41,274 nt of DNA from a bacterium (GTDB taxonomy: Bacteria > Patescibacteriota > Saccharimonadia > Saccharimonadales > JAUPVS01): assembly GCA_029780855.1 (NCBI GenBank), contig JAKOXV010000024.1, positions 1 through 41,274 of the forward strand, in the 5' to 3' direction. The translations under genes were made by a program, and so were the position numbers. Each line of letters begins with the position of its first letter. The stretch's first letter is position 1. Positions 10,701-19,662 of this stretch are shown here, piece after piece. The notes beneath the pieces were generated by a model. The model was not told the DNA's origin. It ran no database searches and worked only from the letters and a program-made list of their open reading frames with translations.

Positions 10701-10862
10701 TCTTATGCCGGAACGGAAAACCGACTGACTAGTCCGCTTAGAATGTTTAGCTAGTGGACGAGCACCAGAATGGTAAAGGTATTTTAAGGGACGCCTAGAC
10801 AACGCAAGCAACGGTGCTACGAGCTGAAGCCGGCAAAATTGAAAAAACTTCCTTACCCTCAT
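4719..10862 (-). CDS. Giant surface protein: N-terminal TM anchor, LamG domain with inserted beta-propeller repeats, multiple Fn3/Ig-like domains
   Basis: 2047 aa. Basic N-terminus then a hydrophobic helix (YAVLAAYVLGVGFMML). LamG motifs (LYHFDE..G..A.DSSG; WHHVAATYDGTTMKLFIDG; FDGTLDEIRVS), 14 Trp-rich repeats, and Fn3-like motifs (ITWSTD...H.V.L.NL.AGTTYYF). Confidence 0.85.
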   Translation of the reverse strand: MRVRKFFQFCRLQLVAPLLALSRRPLKYLYHSGARPLAKHSKRTSQSVFRSGIRTARLSHHHVASRPHYFLMSRVAWYKAWHEWERHKKVHYAVLAAYVLGVGFMMLNAYKITQALSDLTNSWDFTTPANYSLDSGLETSGTTARMKAQNYSTDANTKALYHFDETSGTAAADSSGNNNNGTVANGTFGAANLNNGLAFNGSTSSVTVLDSPSLSLSQQNSLEAWTKFNNNFSAGTKSHREGILDKGDYQLYYDNETGKVTYELADKNANSWTLEGGNDVNGGWDQNGKRSVNAYIKMGSNVYAGIGVDTGDAEVWKWDGTTWTLIGGGPSSVNSSWASQTFEGVYSLSTDGTNLYAGLGLSAGDAEVWKWNGSNWSKIGGDGINSGWAISTFEEVWSLDYFGGKLYAGLGSSANDAEVWEWNGTAWSKIGGDSINSGWTTSFEDVAALTNDGTNLYASLGASAGDAEVWKWNGSAWTRIGGDAVNSSWANSTFETVRSLRYFGTKLYAGLGDSSGDAEVWEWNGTAWTRIGGDAVNSSWANTTYEQVGAFAYDGTNLYAGLGTGNGDGEVWKWNGTAWTQIGGDGLNGGWSTNQGDLVNTLLYDSGTLYAGTYDSAGAGLAYTWNGTAWTQIGGDYVNNSWGFYGISAMQVMQSQGGYLYAGTGNTTGAALVFRFNGTSWQIVGGQGLNNSWAPNTYEQVISMASYGGKLYVGLGTTASSTDQDGDVWMWDGSTWTQVGGDGLNTSWNQASRHGEVDSLAAYGGYLYAGLGASSTDGEVWRYDGTNWTQIGGDSLNSGWTTYAENVYAMAVYNGELYAGLGRSAGDGEVWKWDGTIWTKVGGDAVNTSWGATATIEDIESLMPFNGKLYAGLGSSTGDATLWEYDGTNWTQIGGDDVNASWTTGTYEKVKTLAVYNGDLYAGLGNSTGDGEVWKYADGSWTKIGGNGLNNGWASTIEEVESFSPYKGKLYVGLGYSTNVDGLVYSWGNNAYLESSTASFDTNWHHVAATYDGTTMKLFIDGVQDASTTTNVLIPDSTKSLIIGSGYGGREYGKPVASFDGTLDEIRVSDTARSSFTTKPYTMTSQTITPSSSVRTSGVWHWDGFTTNESTNGGTIIYRLSDDNGTTWKYWNGTAWVTSNNTSEANSAAVINANMATFPVTFSGLKWQAILQSDGNQRVTLNSVNATATSDTTAPSTNASSITALKAAGGTTLSASSWTNGSSPYFSWTAGSDADSGVKGYCLYLGTDNTADPATTKGLLGNSPVATGGNCQFIVSGTNVDMSSAGYIATPLTTSNSSYYLRIKAIDNAGNLSATTAQFDFKFDNTPPTNPGYISGPSGFVNDKQITLSWPTVGTGAPSDPNSGLAGLQYRIEGSPWYGDSHTGTGDSGDLLTNDGSYITVDPPDYNNIAEGVNTVYFRTWDQAGNVTTTYTTATLKINTTGAPSEPQNVVATPSSNTTNAFAFSWSAPSSYVGNVNAITYCYTVNVVPSSTNCTYTSPGVTSLGAGPYATQPGTNTFYIAAKDESGNINYSSYGQINFSANTPAPGIPGNADIVDVSIKATSNWRLAITWDEPTDTGAGIASYKIYRSTDNTNFSLVGSSSSTTYIDARLSQQTYYYKVKACDSTNNCGADSTTVHLLPTGKFTSPANLVSEPAVGGITTRKATITWSTDRGSDSKIAFGTASGKYSSAEVAVSDQVSAHTVQLDNLSAGTTYYFVAKWTDEDGNIGTSQEYTFKTSPAPSIKEVTTPKVGLSNVTIQFTSSDAYKVSVLFGKSEAYGGIQTVNTSKSESTYNVDLSGLDDGAKYFYTLTSYDSEGNAYTGNVYTFTTPPRPKISNFTFQPVAGEPTSTQKVSWVTNVPSTSTITYGKVGTNGTDSLSSDLTTNHEIVIRDLEDDSEYFVLAQSRDKDGNLAVSDRQTFHTALDTRPPKISNVSVETSIRGTGAEARGQIVVSWHTDELSTSQVAYAEGSGATVFNSKTAEDSGLSFEHIVIVSDLPTSKVYSVQPISRDKSGNAGTGDPQSAIIGRASDSVLTIVINTLRKVFGL
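7900..10055 (-). repeat. 14 tandem ~51-aa coding repeats (WTxIGGDxxNxxW...LYAGLG...DxEVWxWxG), probable beta-propeller blades
   Basis: Counted in the translation. Near-identical DNA copies are also visible, e.g. tttgcccagctgctgtttaccgcgtcaccgccgatcct near 9238 and 9391. Boundaries approximate. Confidence 0.85.
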
Positions 10863-11063
10863 AGTAAATAAATGTTGGTGTTTTCCTTTTATTTTCCTCT
10901 CTCAATTACACTGAAGTATAGCATAAGTTTTATAGGGTAATTGTAATTATGCACAACATTTTATTGTTTTACTGACATCAGATTCTCAGCTAATAGCAAA
11001 ATAGCTTCGATTTGCTATAGTGAAAGCAAAAGTAAGACTATGTATGCCATATAAGGAGGGTTC

Positions 11064-13211
11064 ATGTTAAAAAAAATTGCGAGGTTTTCGTACCGGTATC
11101 GCTGGATGGTGGTTGCATTTTGGCTAGGAATACTGGTAAGTATTTCGTTTTTGGCCAACAAATACGGCGATGCTTTTGCAACTGAGGTGCGTACCAAAAA
11201 CTCCGAATCACAAAATGCCGCCGATTTGCTCCAAAATAGATTTACAGCCCGCTCCGGAAGCACCGGGAACATTGTAATAAAGAGCAGCAAACCAATAACA
11301 GACCCAGAGGTGCGCGCTTCATTAGAAAAGCTTTTTGCTGAAGTGTCCCAGATACCTCATGTCAAAGAAGTCCGCGGGCCTTATGCTGCCCTTGGCAAAA
11401 ACCAGGTAGCGCCTAGTGGCAAGATCGCCTATGCGGAAATACAGTTTGATAGAGGGTTTCAAACGCTTCCAAGCTCATCAACAGACGAGGTTTCCGCCGA
11501 CGTAAACAAGGCAAACATTTCAGGAGTGCAGCTAGAATTAGGGGGTGATGTGTTTGGGAACAAAGTAGCCCCAGGCAGCACCGAAGCTATCGGCATTGTA
11601 GCTGCAATTATTATCCTGCTCATTAGTTTTGGTTCGCTGCTGGCAGCAGGTTTGCCGATTGCGATGGCTCTGTTCGGAATTGGCATAGGTATTGCATTCG
11701 TCAAACTACTATCTCATGTCTACAGCTTGCCTGATATTACCATCCAACTAGCCAGTATGATCGGTATTGGTGTTGGCATAGATTATGCATTGTTTATCGT
11801 CACCAGATACCGCCAAGAACTGCGGCGTGGTAAAAATCCGGAAAATGCGACTATCACCGCGATCAATACGGCGGGGAGATCGGTTCTTTTTGCCGGCACG
11901 ACCGTAGTGGTATCACTACTTGGCATGATACTTATTGGCATCAGTTTTATCAGCGGGATGGGAATCGGGGCAGCTTCCGTGGTGGCTATCACTATGGCAG
12001 CTTCGGTGACGCTATTACCTGCCATCCTGGGTTTTGCCGGCAAAAATATCGATAAGCTAAAGCTACCGTTCGTGGGCAAAGAAAAGCCCAAAAACAAAAG
12101 TTTCTGGTATCAGTGGAGCATGGGGCTACAACGTCGGCCATGGGTAGGATTCATTGGTGGACTGAGCATACTGGTGCTACTAGCACTCCCGTTTTTCTCA
12201 ATGAGACTCGGCTCGTCGGATGCGAGCAGCCGGCCAACTTCGGACACGACCCGTAGAGCATACGATATTATGGCAGAGGGGTTTGGTCCTGGTTCTAACG
12301 GTCCACTCATTTTAGTATCTGAAATAAGTAGCAGAAAAGATCTATACACCCTGCAAACACTCACAAAGAAACTGAACGAAACACCAGGAGTAGCCTATGC
12401 TTCTGTCGCCATTCCAAACCAGCAGTTAAACGCTGCAGTGCTGCAAGTAATACCAACCACTGCACCGCAGGATGAAGCAACAAGCCAGCTCATTAGCAAA
12501 ATCCGAAGTTCCATTATTCCAGAAGTCACCAAAGACACTGACATAAAAATATATGTTGGCGGCCTGACCGCTGCTTTTGACGATCTCGCAGACACCCTAA
12601 ACGCCCGCCTACCGCTTTTTATTGGCATCGTACTTGCGCTTAGCTTTTTGCTGCTCTTGTTTGTATTTAGATCCATACTTGTGCCCGTAAAAGCAGTGAT
12701 CATGAATCTACTGTCAATCGGCGCTGCCTATGGCGTGCTAGTAGCAATTTTTCAATGGGGGTACGGTAAACACCTCCTAGGCCTGGGGGGGACGGGTCCG
12801 ATAGAGAGCTTCGTGCCCATGATCATGTTCGCCATTCTCTTTGGCCTTTCTATGGACTATGAGGTGTTCTTACTGTCCAGAATCAAGGAGGAGTACGACC
12901 AAACAGGCGATAACGGCAAGTCAGTAGCAGAAGGACTGAATCACACAGCGCGAGTAATAACCGCAGCCGCTCTCATCATGGTAACGGTATTTGCAACCTT
13001 TATCCTCGACAGTAACCGGGTGATTAAGGAATTTGGTCTTGGCTTGGCTGCCGCCATACTTATCGATGCCACAATCGTGCGTATGATACTCGTTCCCTCA
13101 ACAATGGAACTTCTCGGTAAAGCAAACTGGTGGTTCCCAAAGTGGTTAAACTGGCTGCCTCAGGCCCATCTTGAGCCAGAAGAAGCACCTAAAACTACCA
13201 AGAAGAAGTAG
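11064..13211 (+). CDS. MMPL/RND-family transporter
   Basis: Two repeats of TM, loop and 5 TM, with GIGVGIDYALFIVTRYRQE and FGLSMDYEVFLLSRIKE motifs. C-terminal LLGKANWWFPKWL; SD AAGGAGG upstream. Confidence 0.92.
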   Translation: MLKKIARFSYRYRWMVVAFWLGILVSISFLANKYGDAFATEVRTKNSESQNAADLLQNRFTARSGSTGNIVIKSSKPITDPEVRASLEKLFAEVSQIPHVKEVRGPYAALGKNQVAPSGKIAYAEIQFDRGFQTLPSSSTDEVSADVNKANISGVQLELGGDVFGNKVAPGSTEAIGIVAAIIILLISFGSLLAAGLPIAMALFGIGIGIAFVKLLSHVYSLPDITIQLASMIGIGVGIDYALFIVTRYRQELRRGKNPENATITAINTAGRSVLFAGTTVVVSLLGMILIGISFISGMGIGAASVVAITMAASVTLLPAILGFAGKNIDKLKLPFVGKEKPKNKSFWYQWSMGLQRRPWVGFIGGLSILVLLALPFFSMRLGSSDASSRPTSDTTRRAYDIMAEGFGPGSNGPLILVSEISSRKDLYTLQTLTKKLNETPGVAYASVAIPNQQLNAAVLQVIPTTAPQDEATSQLISKIRSSIIPEVTKDTDIKIYVGGLTAAFDDLADTLNARLPLFIGIVLALSFLLLLFVFRSILVPVKAVIMNLLSIGAAYGVLVAIFQWGYGKHLLGLGGTGPIESFVPMIMFAILFGLSMDYEVFLLSRIKEEYDQTGDNGKSVAEGLNHTARVITAAALIMVTVFATFILDSNRVIKEFGLGLAAAILIDATIVRMILVPSTMELLGKANWWFPKWLNWLPQAHLEPEEAPKTTKKK

Positions 13212-13212
13212 T

Positions 13213-15591
13213 CTACTTACTGATCGTTAAACCGGTTTTTGTGTCCACTACGGTTTTTTTTGTTTCAGCAATTGCAGCAGATGTTTGAGCTATCTGTTCC
13301 TTGGTTGCTAATGGCAGGGTAAAACTAAATACCGAACCTCTTCCAGGAGCAGAAGACTCTAGTTTTATTTCGCCACCCATATTTTCGGTAAGCATCCGTG
13401 AAATATATAATCCCAGACCCGTACCCCTTGTAGTATCCCTCGTGAGCAGACTTTCGCCAGCCTGCTGGAATTTATGGAATAGTAGCTGCTTGCTTTCCGG
13501 CGTCAAGCCCCTCCCGGTATCGGCTACCGTCACATATAGATACTTGTTATCCTTGACTTCAGCGGAGACCGAGATACCGCCTTGGTCTGTAAACTTCGCT
13601 GCGTTACCGATTAAGTTATACAGTATTTGTTTTGTGCGCTCTTGGTCAGCATATACCTGAGGTAGACTCGCAATTGTCTTAGTATCAGTTTTCAGGTATA
13701 GTTTCTTTTCTTTTATCACCGCGTGCATTTCGTAGATTACGTGTTCAATTACTTTTTCTATTTCGAAGGCCATTTTGTTATAGGCCACTTTTCCTTGTTC
13801 AATTCTAGATACATCCAGAAAGTCAGTGACAATCTCAATTAGTTGGATGCTAGAATTCTGTATATCCCTTATCATTTGTTTCAAATCAGGCTCTTTTTCC
13901 ATAGTTTTTTTGTAGAAATCAAGCATCATACCCGCGTTTCCTCTGATCGCGGTAAGGGGCGTTCGTAACTCATGTGAAGCAATCGAGAAGAATTCATCCT
14001 TGCTCCGCTGAAGTATTCGCTCTTCTGTTACGTCGTTAAGCAGTATCACGTTTCCTATAATTTCTTCATTTTGGATAATCGGTGAAATGAATACACTTAG
14101 AATCCGATCTCCGTGGGTGGCTTCATTGAAAACCATAGACTCCCGATGCTTAAAGCTCTGTTTGATTTGTTCGGGCAAGCGTTTATGGTGTGCTACCGGC
14201 ATATCAAGATCTTCGATGTCGAGCGTTCGCTTGTTGCCTTGGTTCAGTATTTTGCGAGCCGCGGCGTTTGTAGTCAAAACCTTAAACTGCTTGTCAGTCA
14301 TTATGAACCCTTGCTGCAAGCTACCGATAGAGGCCAGCAGACGGGCCTGTGTACTGGCCAGTTGTTGGGTGCGCTCGCGAACCTTGCGGTCAACATTAGC
14401 TTTTTCGTCCTGAAGCTCAAGGTATGAAAGTTTAAGCGGGGTTACGTCTGTGATGGCTAACACATATCCTAGCAGCCCCCCTTCTGAAGAGGTCCGGGAA
14501 ATAGAGATGCGCAAGTACCTCGTTTTACCGGCATGGTGAAAATTTACTTCATTTACAACTTTTGTTTTCACCGAGTCTTTGGCGGCCTGGAAGCCCTTAC
14601 GTAATGCCTCTTGCTGGTCATCGCCAAAAGAGGCGAACAGTGATTGGTGGGATAGCTGTGAAAACGATTTTCCAAGTAGCTGTTCGGCACTATCGTTCAT
14701 AAGTTCAATTTCATATTTTTCGTTTAACACTAACACCGATTCACTCATGGTGTTGAGTATTTCTTGGGAGATAGAAGCTGGAGTCACCTTAAAAAACTGG
14801 TACCGCTTCATACCATAGAGAATCATGAAAGCCATGATGGTGCTCAAAAAACTATGAGATGGTGGTAATTTTAGGCCAATCGCAGGACCGATACCATCAG
14901 TTATGAACCCCCCTATAATTGGCACGCTTATTGCTAGTAAAAAAATGGTTGCTTGTTTTTTTAATACTGGGCTAGTCACTTTGCGTCGGTAAAAAAACAT
15001 GATAAAAATCGCAACGACGCCAAAGAGCGAATACCAGGCGAGGTTAAAGAAATATGCTGGTCCTACTTCATTGTTATAGCCCCACGGCATCAAAAAGGTA
15101 TGCGATAGCTCATTGTAAAAAATTAACGGTCCATTTGCGTTAAAGAAAGTAATGACGCTGGCCCCTATCAGTAAGCTAGCCAACATAACAGCATTTCGTT
15201 TAGACGGGTTTACCAGTGTGAGGATAAACATCAATATGAGTAGCGGTTCAAGTGCCAAACCGATAGTGCTAAATTGTGCCCAAAAAACCGCCGCTTGTGG
15301 CGTGGCGGACAAACGCATCATACATTCTGTAAAAGAGAACAGAGTAATAGACGTTAAGAATACCAAGTACCACGATGTTTCCTCATTAGATAGCTTGCTA
15401 CGCCACAAGTAGAAAAAGAAAATAATATTGGCCAGACCTCCAATAAACGACATAACTGCATATCCGTTGAACCGCAGATTAAAAATATCGATCGGACCAA
15501 ACTTCTGTTGGGATAGAAGCAAACCGGCAATCATAAAAATCATCCATGCCACCGCTATTCTGACGACCCATTTCGTATTAATAGTGTTCAC
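13213..15591 (-). CDS. Sensor histidine kinase (multi-TM N-terminus, two PAS-like domains, HisKA, HATPase)
   Basis: H-box FFSIASHELRTPL, N-box QILYNLIGNAAKFT, DTGRG and GTGLGL motifs. Hydrophobic N-terminal ~260 aa resembles HisKA_7TM sensors. Confidence 0.92.
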   Translation of the reverse strand: MNTINTKWVVRIAVAWMIFMIAGLLLSQQKFGPIDIFNLRFNGYAVMSFIGGLANIIFFFYLWRSKLSNEETSWYLVFLTSITLFSFTECMMRLSATPQAAVFWAQFSTIGLALEPLLILMFILTLVNPSKRNAVMLASLLIGASVITFFNANGPLIFYNELSHTFLMPWGYNNEVGPAYFFNLAWYSLFGVVAIFIMFFYRRKVTSPVLKKQATIFLLAISVPIIGGFITDGIGPAIGLKLPPSHSFLSTIMAFMILYGMKRYQFFKVTPASISQEILNTMSESVLVLNEKYEIELMNDSAEQLLGKSFSQLSHQSLFASFGDDQQEALRKGFQAAKDSVKTKVVNEVNFHHAGKTRYLRISISRTSSEGGLLGYVLAITDVTPLKLSYLELQDEKANVDRKVRERTQQLASTQARLLASIGSLQQGFIMTDKQFKVLTTNAAARKILNQGNKRTLDIEDLDMPVAHHKRLPEQIKQSFKHRESMVFNEATHGDRILSVFISPIIQNEEIIGNVILLNDVTEERILQRSKDEFFSIASHELRTPLTAIRGNAGMMLDFYKKTMEKEPDLKQMIRDIQNSSIQLIEIVTDFLDVSRIEQGKVAYNKMAFEIEKVIEHVIYEMHAVIKEKKLYLKTDTKTIASLPQVYADQERTKQILYNLIGNAAKFTDQGGISVSAEVKDNKYLYVTVADTGRGLTPESKQLLFHKFQQAGESLLTRDTTRGTGLGLYISRMLTENMGGEIKLESSAPGRGSVFSFTLPLATKEQIAQTSAAIAETKKTVVDTKTGLTISK

Positions 15592-15603
15592 TAAAGCCCT
15601 GAC

Positions 15604-16545
15604 TTATCGTTTGCCTTTAGCAGAGATAAAATATAACCGAGTGAAAAGGAAAAAACCGAGGGCAATTATGGGAAAGATTGCCGCTAAACCGATTATTGCC
15701 GCTGCTCCATATGCTTCGGCGCCATATGAAGGTTGTATCTGAAGATTGGGGAAAGCCAAGTATGGAACATTTGAAAAAGCTAACAGCACTGGGGTGACAA
15801 GTGTTAGTAGCGCAAAATACATCCACAACATTTGCAGTTTTTTATAAAGCACTGTGAGCGCTATGGTTATGAACGATAGAATGACTAAACCACTCCAAAA
15901 CAGAAACGGCCAACTGATGAGCCGGTCGTCTACACTGTGTGTCGATATCTGAATTGTAACAGCAGCAAGTATGCTATACATAAGCGCAACGAACATACAT
16001 ATTTGGTACAGGAAAATGTGCTGGTCTTTTCTGTGTATGTAGAGAGCAAAGCTGGTTGCAAGTGTGAGTAAGCCAGCAACGGAAGTTAAAATCAGCGACC
16101 AGCCCATGTTGTTGCAATAGAACTGCTTACCGGTAAGCAGTGTTATGCCTGCTGCAGTGAACGACAACGGCACCGTTATGCTGCTTAGTACGAACAGAAT
16201 ATTAGCGGTGGTAATGCCCTGGGAATTTTTATAGTAGTAACCATAGAGAACAACTGCAGCACGAATAAGTAGGGCGGTGAGTCCTACTCCCAAAACTGTC
16301 AGAACGAGCTCACTGATTGGTACAACAGCTCGGTTAAAGAAAACCACAAAACTGGTAAATCCGAACACCAGAAAGACGTTGGTTATTTCCCATATAGGCG
16401 TGAAGTATTGTTTGTTTTTGTCAGCTAGTTTGGCGTTTCCGGGGAGTAACTTTAGCAGTGCAATACTTAATTCAAACGCACTAAGGGATGCATAGCAGCC
16501 GAACAACAGCATGACTAAAAATAGCGCAATATTAATGACTGGCAT
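15604..16545 (-). CDS. cydB: Cytochrome bd ubiquinol oxidase subunit II
   Basis: Polytopic membrane protein with PIWEITNVFLVF (CydB PxWDxNxVW-like motif); overlaps the end of cydA. Confidence 0.8.
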   Translation of the reverse strand: MPVINIALFLVMLLFGCYASLSAFELSIALLKLLPGNAKLADKNKQYFTPIWEITNVFLVFGFTSFVVFFNRAVVPISELVLTVLGVGLTALLIRAAVVLYGYYYKNSQGITTANILFVLSSITVPLSFTAAGITLLTGKQFYCNNMGWSLILTSVAGLLTLATSFALYIHRKDQHIFLYQICMFVALMYSILAAVTIQISTHSVDDRLISWPFLFWSGLVILSFITIALTVLYKKLQMLWMYFALLTLVTPVLLAFSNVPYLAFPNLQIQPSYGAEAYGAAAIIGLAAIFPIIALGFFLFTRLYFISAKGKR

Positions 16546-17845
16546 TTGTTACCCCATTGTGATTCATCGTTCTTCTAAGGATAGCTACCCCCAAGGTTAT
16601 GAGAGCTAGGTACATCAGGGGAAAGATAAAACCATAACGGATTACCGCATCATTGTTGGTGAGAGCTTCTGCTGTAGTTAGGTAGCCATATACGACATAC
16701 GGTTGTCGGCCTAGTTCCGTGAGGAGCCATCCAAACTCAGTAGCCAATACACCAAGAAGTCCGCAGGCCACCAGAGCATACAACATCGGTTTTGAAAAAG
16801 CCCATTTCTTTCTCCAAAAATACAGCCCCAAAAAGATCAGGGGAAATCCGACGATTAGCATGCCGGCTGCAACCATTCCATCAAAAAAGTAATGTACCAC
16901 CAGTGAAGGGCGGGTGTACTTGGGGTACTCGTTCAAGCCTTTTACTTCAGCGCCAAAATCGTTCGCTGCCAAAAAACTCAGTAAGCTAGGGATCTTAATG
17001 CCATACTTAATTTGATCACCTTGGACAATTCCACCTACTACCAAAGGTGCGTTTTTCTGTGTTTCCATCAATCCTTCAGCTGCTGCGAGCTTGTATGGTT
17101 CATGCGTAGCCAGATACTTTCCAGAGCGATCACCCAACCCGGCAACCGCAATACCACTCAGCAAACCGACGATAGCAAGCCCAACAATAACGTTGCCCAT
17201 CCACGAGCGATCCTGAACATGTTGCTTCTTCATATATAGCCAGGCGTATACAGCCATGAATACCAACGCACATGCACAAATATAAGCCATAATAGAGTGG
17301 CTCAGCTGTGTAGCAGTAGCCGGATTGATGAGCGCCTTCCAAACATTAATATTGGTTGGCTGGCCGTCAGCTCCAATCGTAAAACCTTGCGGCTGATTCA
17401 TGAATGTATTAACGGAAGTGATAAAGATTGCCGAACCAATAGATCCTACCCAGATAGGGATACTACAGAGCCAGTGATATATGGGTTTGAACCTATCCCA
17501 AGAAAGCATGTAAACACTCAGGAAAACCGCCTCAATCATAAACATGGTACCTTCTAGGGCAAAGGCGATCCCAACCGGTTTGGTCACAAACTCCATAAAC
17601 CGGGGCCAGAACAGATTGAATTGCATGCTAATAATTGTTCCCGAAACAGCACCGACGATAAATAAGATGACCAAAGCTTTAGACCAGGTTCTCGCTAGAG
17701 CTCGGGCCCGTGGACGGTGCGTTACAATCCCGTACAGTTCCAGTCCAGAAATGAGCAGAGGCAAGGCCACTCCAAAAATGATAAAAATTAGGTGAAAGCC
17801 AAGGCTATCCCCCATAAGTGCTCGGCCTGCTGGTATTCTTTCCAT
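16532..17845 (-). CDS. cydA: Cytochrome bd ubiquinol oxidase subunit I (short Q-loop type)
   Basis: GFHLIF (heme b595 His), GAVSGT, FALEG..F.IE, LSHS (b558 His), PYKLAAAEG, GMV (Met ligand) and GWLLTELGRQPY. Confidence 0.93.
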   Translation of the reverse strand: MERIPAGRALMGDSLGFHLIFIIFGVALPLLISGLELYGIVTHRPRARALARTWSKALVILFIVGAVSGTIISMQFNLFWPRFMEFVTKPVGIAFALEGTMFMIEAVFLSVYMLSWDRFKPIYHWLCSIPIWVGSIGSAIFITSVNTFMNQPQGFTIGADGQPTNINVWKALINPATATQLSHSIMAYICACALVFMAVYAWLYMKKQHVQDRSWMGNVIVGLAIVGLLSGIAVAGLGDRSGKYLATHEPYKLAAAEGLMETQKNAPLVVGGIVQGDQIKYGIKIPSLLSFLAANDFGAEVKGLNEYPKYTRPSLVVHYFFDGMVAAGMLIVGFPLIFLGLYFWRKKWAFSKPMLYALVACGLLGVLATEFGWLLTELGRQPYVVYGYLTTAEALTNNDAVIRYGFIFPLMYLALITLGVAILRRTMNHNGVTNASH

Positions 17846-17916
17846 GATCTTATTGCTGTTTCTCTTATGTTTATTAGCAGTATAGCGTAGCTATTAGGAA
17901 TTTACTACGAGTCCAC

Positions 17917-19569
17917 CTAGAAAGAGTTGCGGATATGGGAAAAGCTATAGTCCCAATCGGCATTGGCTTTTTTATGGGGATTGAATATATCCTCCGGATC
18001 AAATATTGCTTTGGTCTCGCGGAAGAGCTTGACGATGTGCTTTCCGTACATCTGTTCTAACCATGGCCCGCGGACTAATCCATCGTTATGCTCACCAGAA
18101 AGGGAACCGTGGTATTTCAGAACCAGATCATTTACTTCTTTCATAGCTGGTGTAAGTTTTGCCCGTTCTTTGGGGTCTTCCAGCTTCATGAGCGGTATAA
18201 CATGAAAGTTCCCGTCACCCATATGACCGGCAACGGTGGCCATAAGCTTATACTTATTGATAACTGTGCGTAGTTTGGGCAAGAACTCCGGAAGATACCG
18301 AAGAGGTACTACCAGATCATCAATAAACGGAGCAGTGTGCTTATCTTTGACTTTTTTCCGTAACAAGTTAAAACTTTCACGGCGCATGATTCGGAACTTC
18401 CAGGCTTTTTCTTCCGTATTATCACCCTCAAGTGCTTCCAGGTGAAAATGTTTGAGATCATTCTGCATCGCATCTATCTTTCGGTCTACTTCCTCCTGAC
18501 TTGCACCGGTAAACTCTATCAACAGAATGAGTTTGGGTACGCCCCTAAATAACACCAGTGCATCAGGAATAAGCTGAAGACCAAGCTTGATAAGTTTTTT
18601 CCAGCCCAAAGTCTTGTGAAAGTAAAAGAAGAACTTAATCGATAAATTGAGGGTATAGTTATCAAACGATTCAAAGGTAGCCGGCTTATGCTCCATCACG
18701 GTGTTAATAACGTCACCAAGTCCATCAATAGATTTCATGAAAGCTACCAGCACGCCTGAATATTTCTTGTCCGCAACTAATTTGAAATCTATATCCGTTA
18801 CCAACCCTAGCGTACCTTGCGACCCGACGATCAATTGCGTAAGGTCAAAGATGCCGGTTTCCCGGTCCCAAACGTTCCACAGATTGTATCCTGTTGAATT
18901 CTTACTGACGTCTGGCTTAGCTTTCTTAATCTCATCATAATTATCTTCAATCAAGGTAAAGATCTTTTTATAGAGCTTGCCCTCATAATCCTTCTGGGCC
19001 ATTTTCTTAATTAGTTCCCGACGATTGAGTGGTTTGACGACATACTCGTGACCATCGGCAAAAACAACTTTCAACTGATTAATGAACTTCTCGGTTTTCC
19101 CGTATTCTAATGATTTCTCTCCACCGGAATTGTTCGCGACCATTCCACCAACCGTACATAGCTCCCGGCTGGCAGGAAAACTTGGTAACAACGCATGATG
19201 CTTCAGGGTCTGAGGTTCAAAATCCCGATAATACACCCCTGGCTGAACCCGAGCACGGTGGGCATTCACATAAGAAATAGTTTTGAAATGTTTGGTAAAA
19301 TCAACGATTAGCGAATCATTAATCGCTCCCCCAGACATATCGGTACCAGCACTGCGAGCGGTGAGCGACAGCTGGCGCTCCTTTTTCTTGGCTTGTGCGG
19401 TCATAGAAACGAGTAGCTGGACATCAGTAGAATCTTTTGGCGCCACAATAGCCTGTGGCTTAAGTTCAAACATTGAAGCATCGTGGCTATAAAAATCTAA
19501 GCTTGCCTCATCGGTGTCAATTTCACCCTTAAACCCATTTTGTTTTAGTTTTAGTAGCAATTCATCCAT
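17917..19569 (-). CDS. FAD-binding oxidoreductase (GlcD/D-lactate dehydrogenase-like, VAO fold)
   Basis: RSAGTDMSGG, CTVGGMVANNSGG, GSQGTLG, GHMGDGNFH, GSLSGEHNDG and FDPEDIFNPHK. Start uncertain (19569, 19575 or 19644). Confidence 0.88.
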   Translation of the reverse strand: MDELLLKLKQNGFKGEIDTDEASLDFYSHDASMFELKPQAIVAPKDSTDVQLLVSMTAQAKKKERQLSLTARSAGTDMSGGAINDSLIVDFTKHFKTISYVNAHRARVQPGVYYRDFEPQTLKHHALLPSFPASRELCTVGGMVANNSGGEKSLEYGKTEKFINQLKVVFADGHEYVVKPLNRRELIKKMAQKDYEGKLYKKIFTLIEDNYDEIKKAKPDVSKNSTGYNLWNVWDRETGIFDLTQLIVGSQGTLGLVTDIDFKLVADKKYSGVLVAFMKSIDGLGDVINTVMEHKPATFESFDNYTLNLSIKFFFYFHKTLGWKKLIKLGLQLIPDALVLFRGVPKLILLIEFTGASQEEVDRKIDAMQNDLKHFHLEALEGDNTEEKAWKFRIMRRESFNLLRKKVKDKHTAPFIDDLVVPLRYLPEFLPKLRTVINKYKLMATVAGHMGDGNFHVIPLMKLEDPKERAKLTPAMKEVNDLVLKYHGSLSGEHNDGLVRGPWLEQMYGKHIVKLFRETKAIFDPEDIFNPHKKANADWDYSFSHIRNSF

Positions 19570-19662
19570 TCCCATAAGCTTAACCAATAACGCATTTTGT
19601 ATCAATATTTTGTATACTAGGCCCATATGCATAAGAACAAACATGGATGCTAAGGAGTGCCG

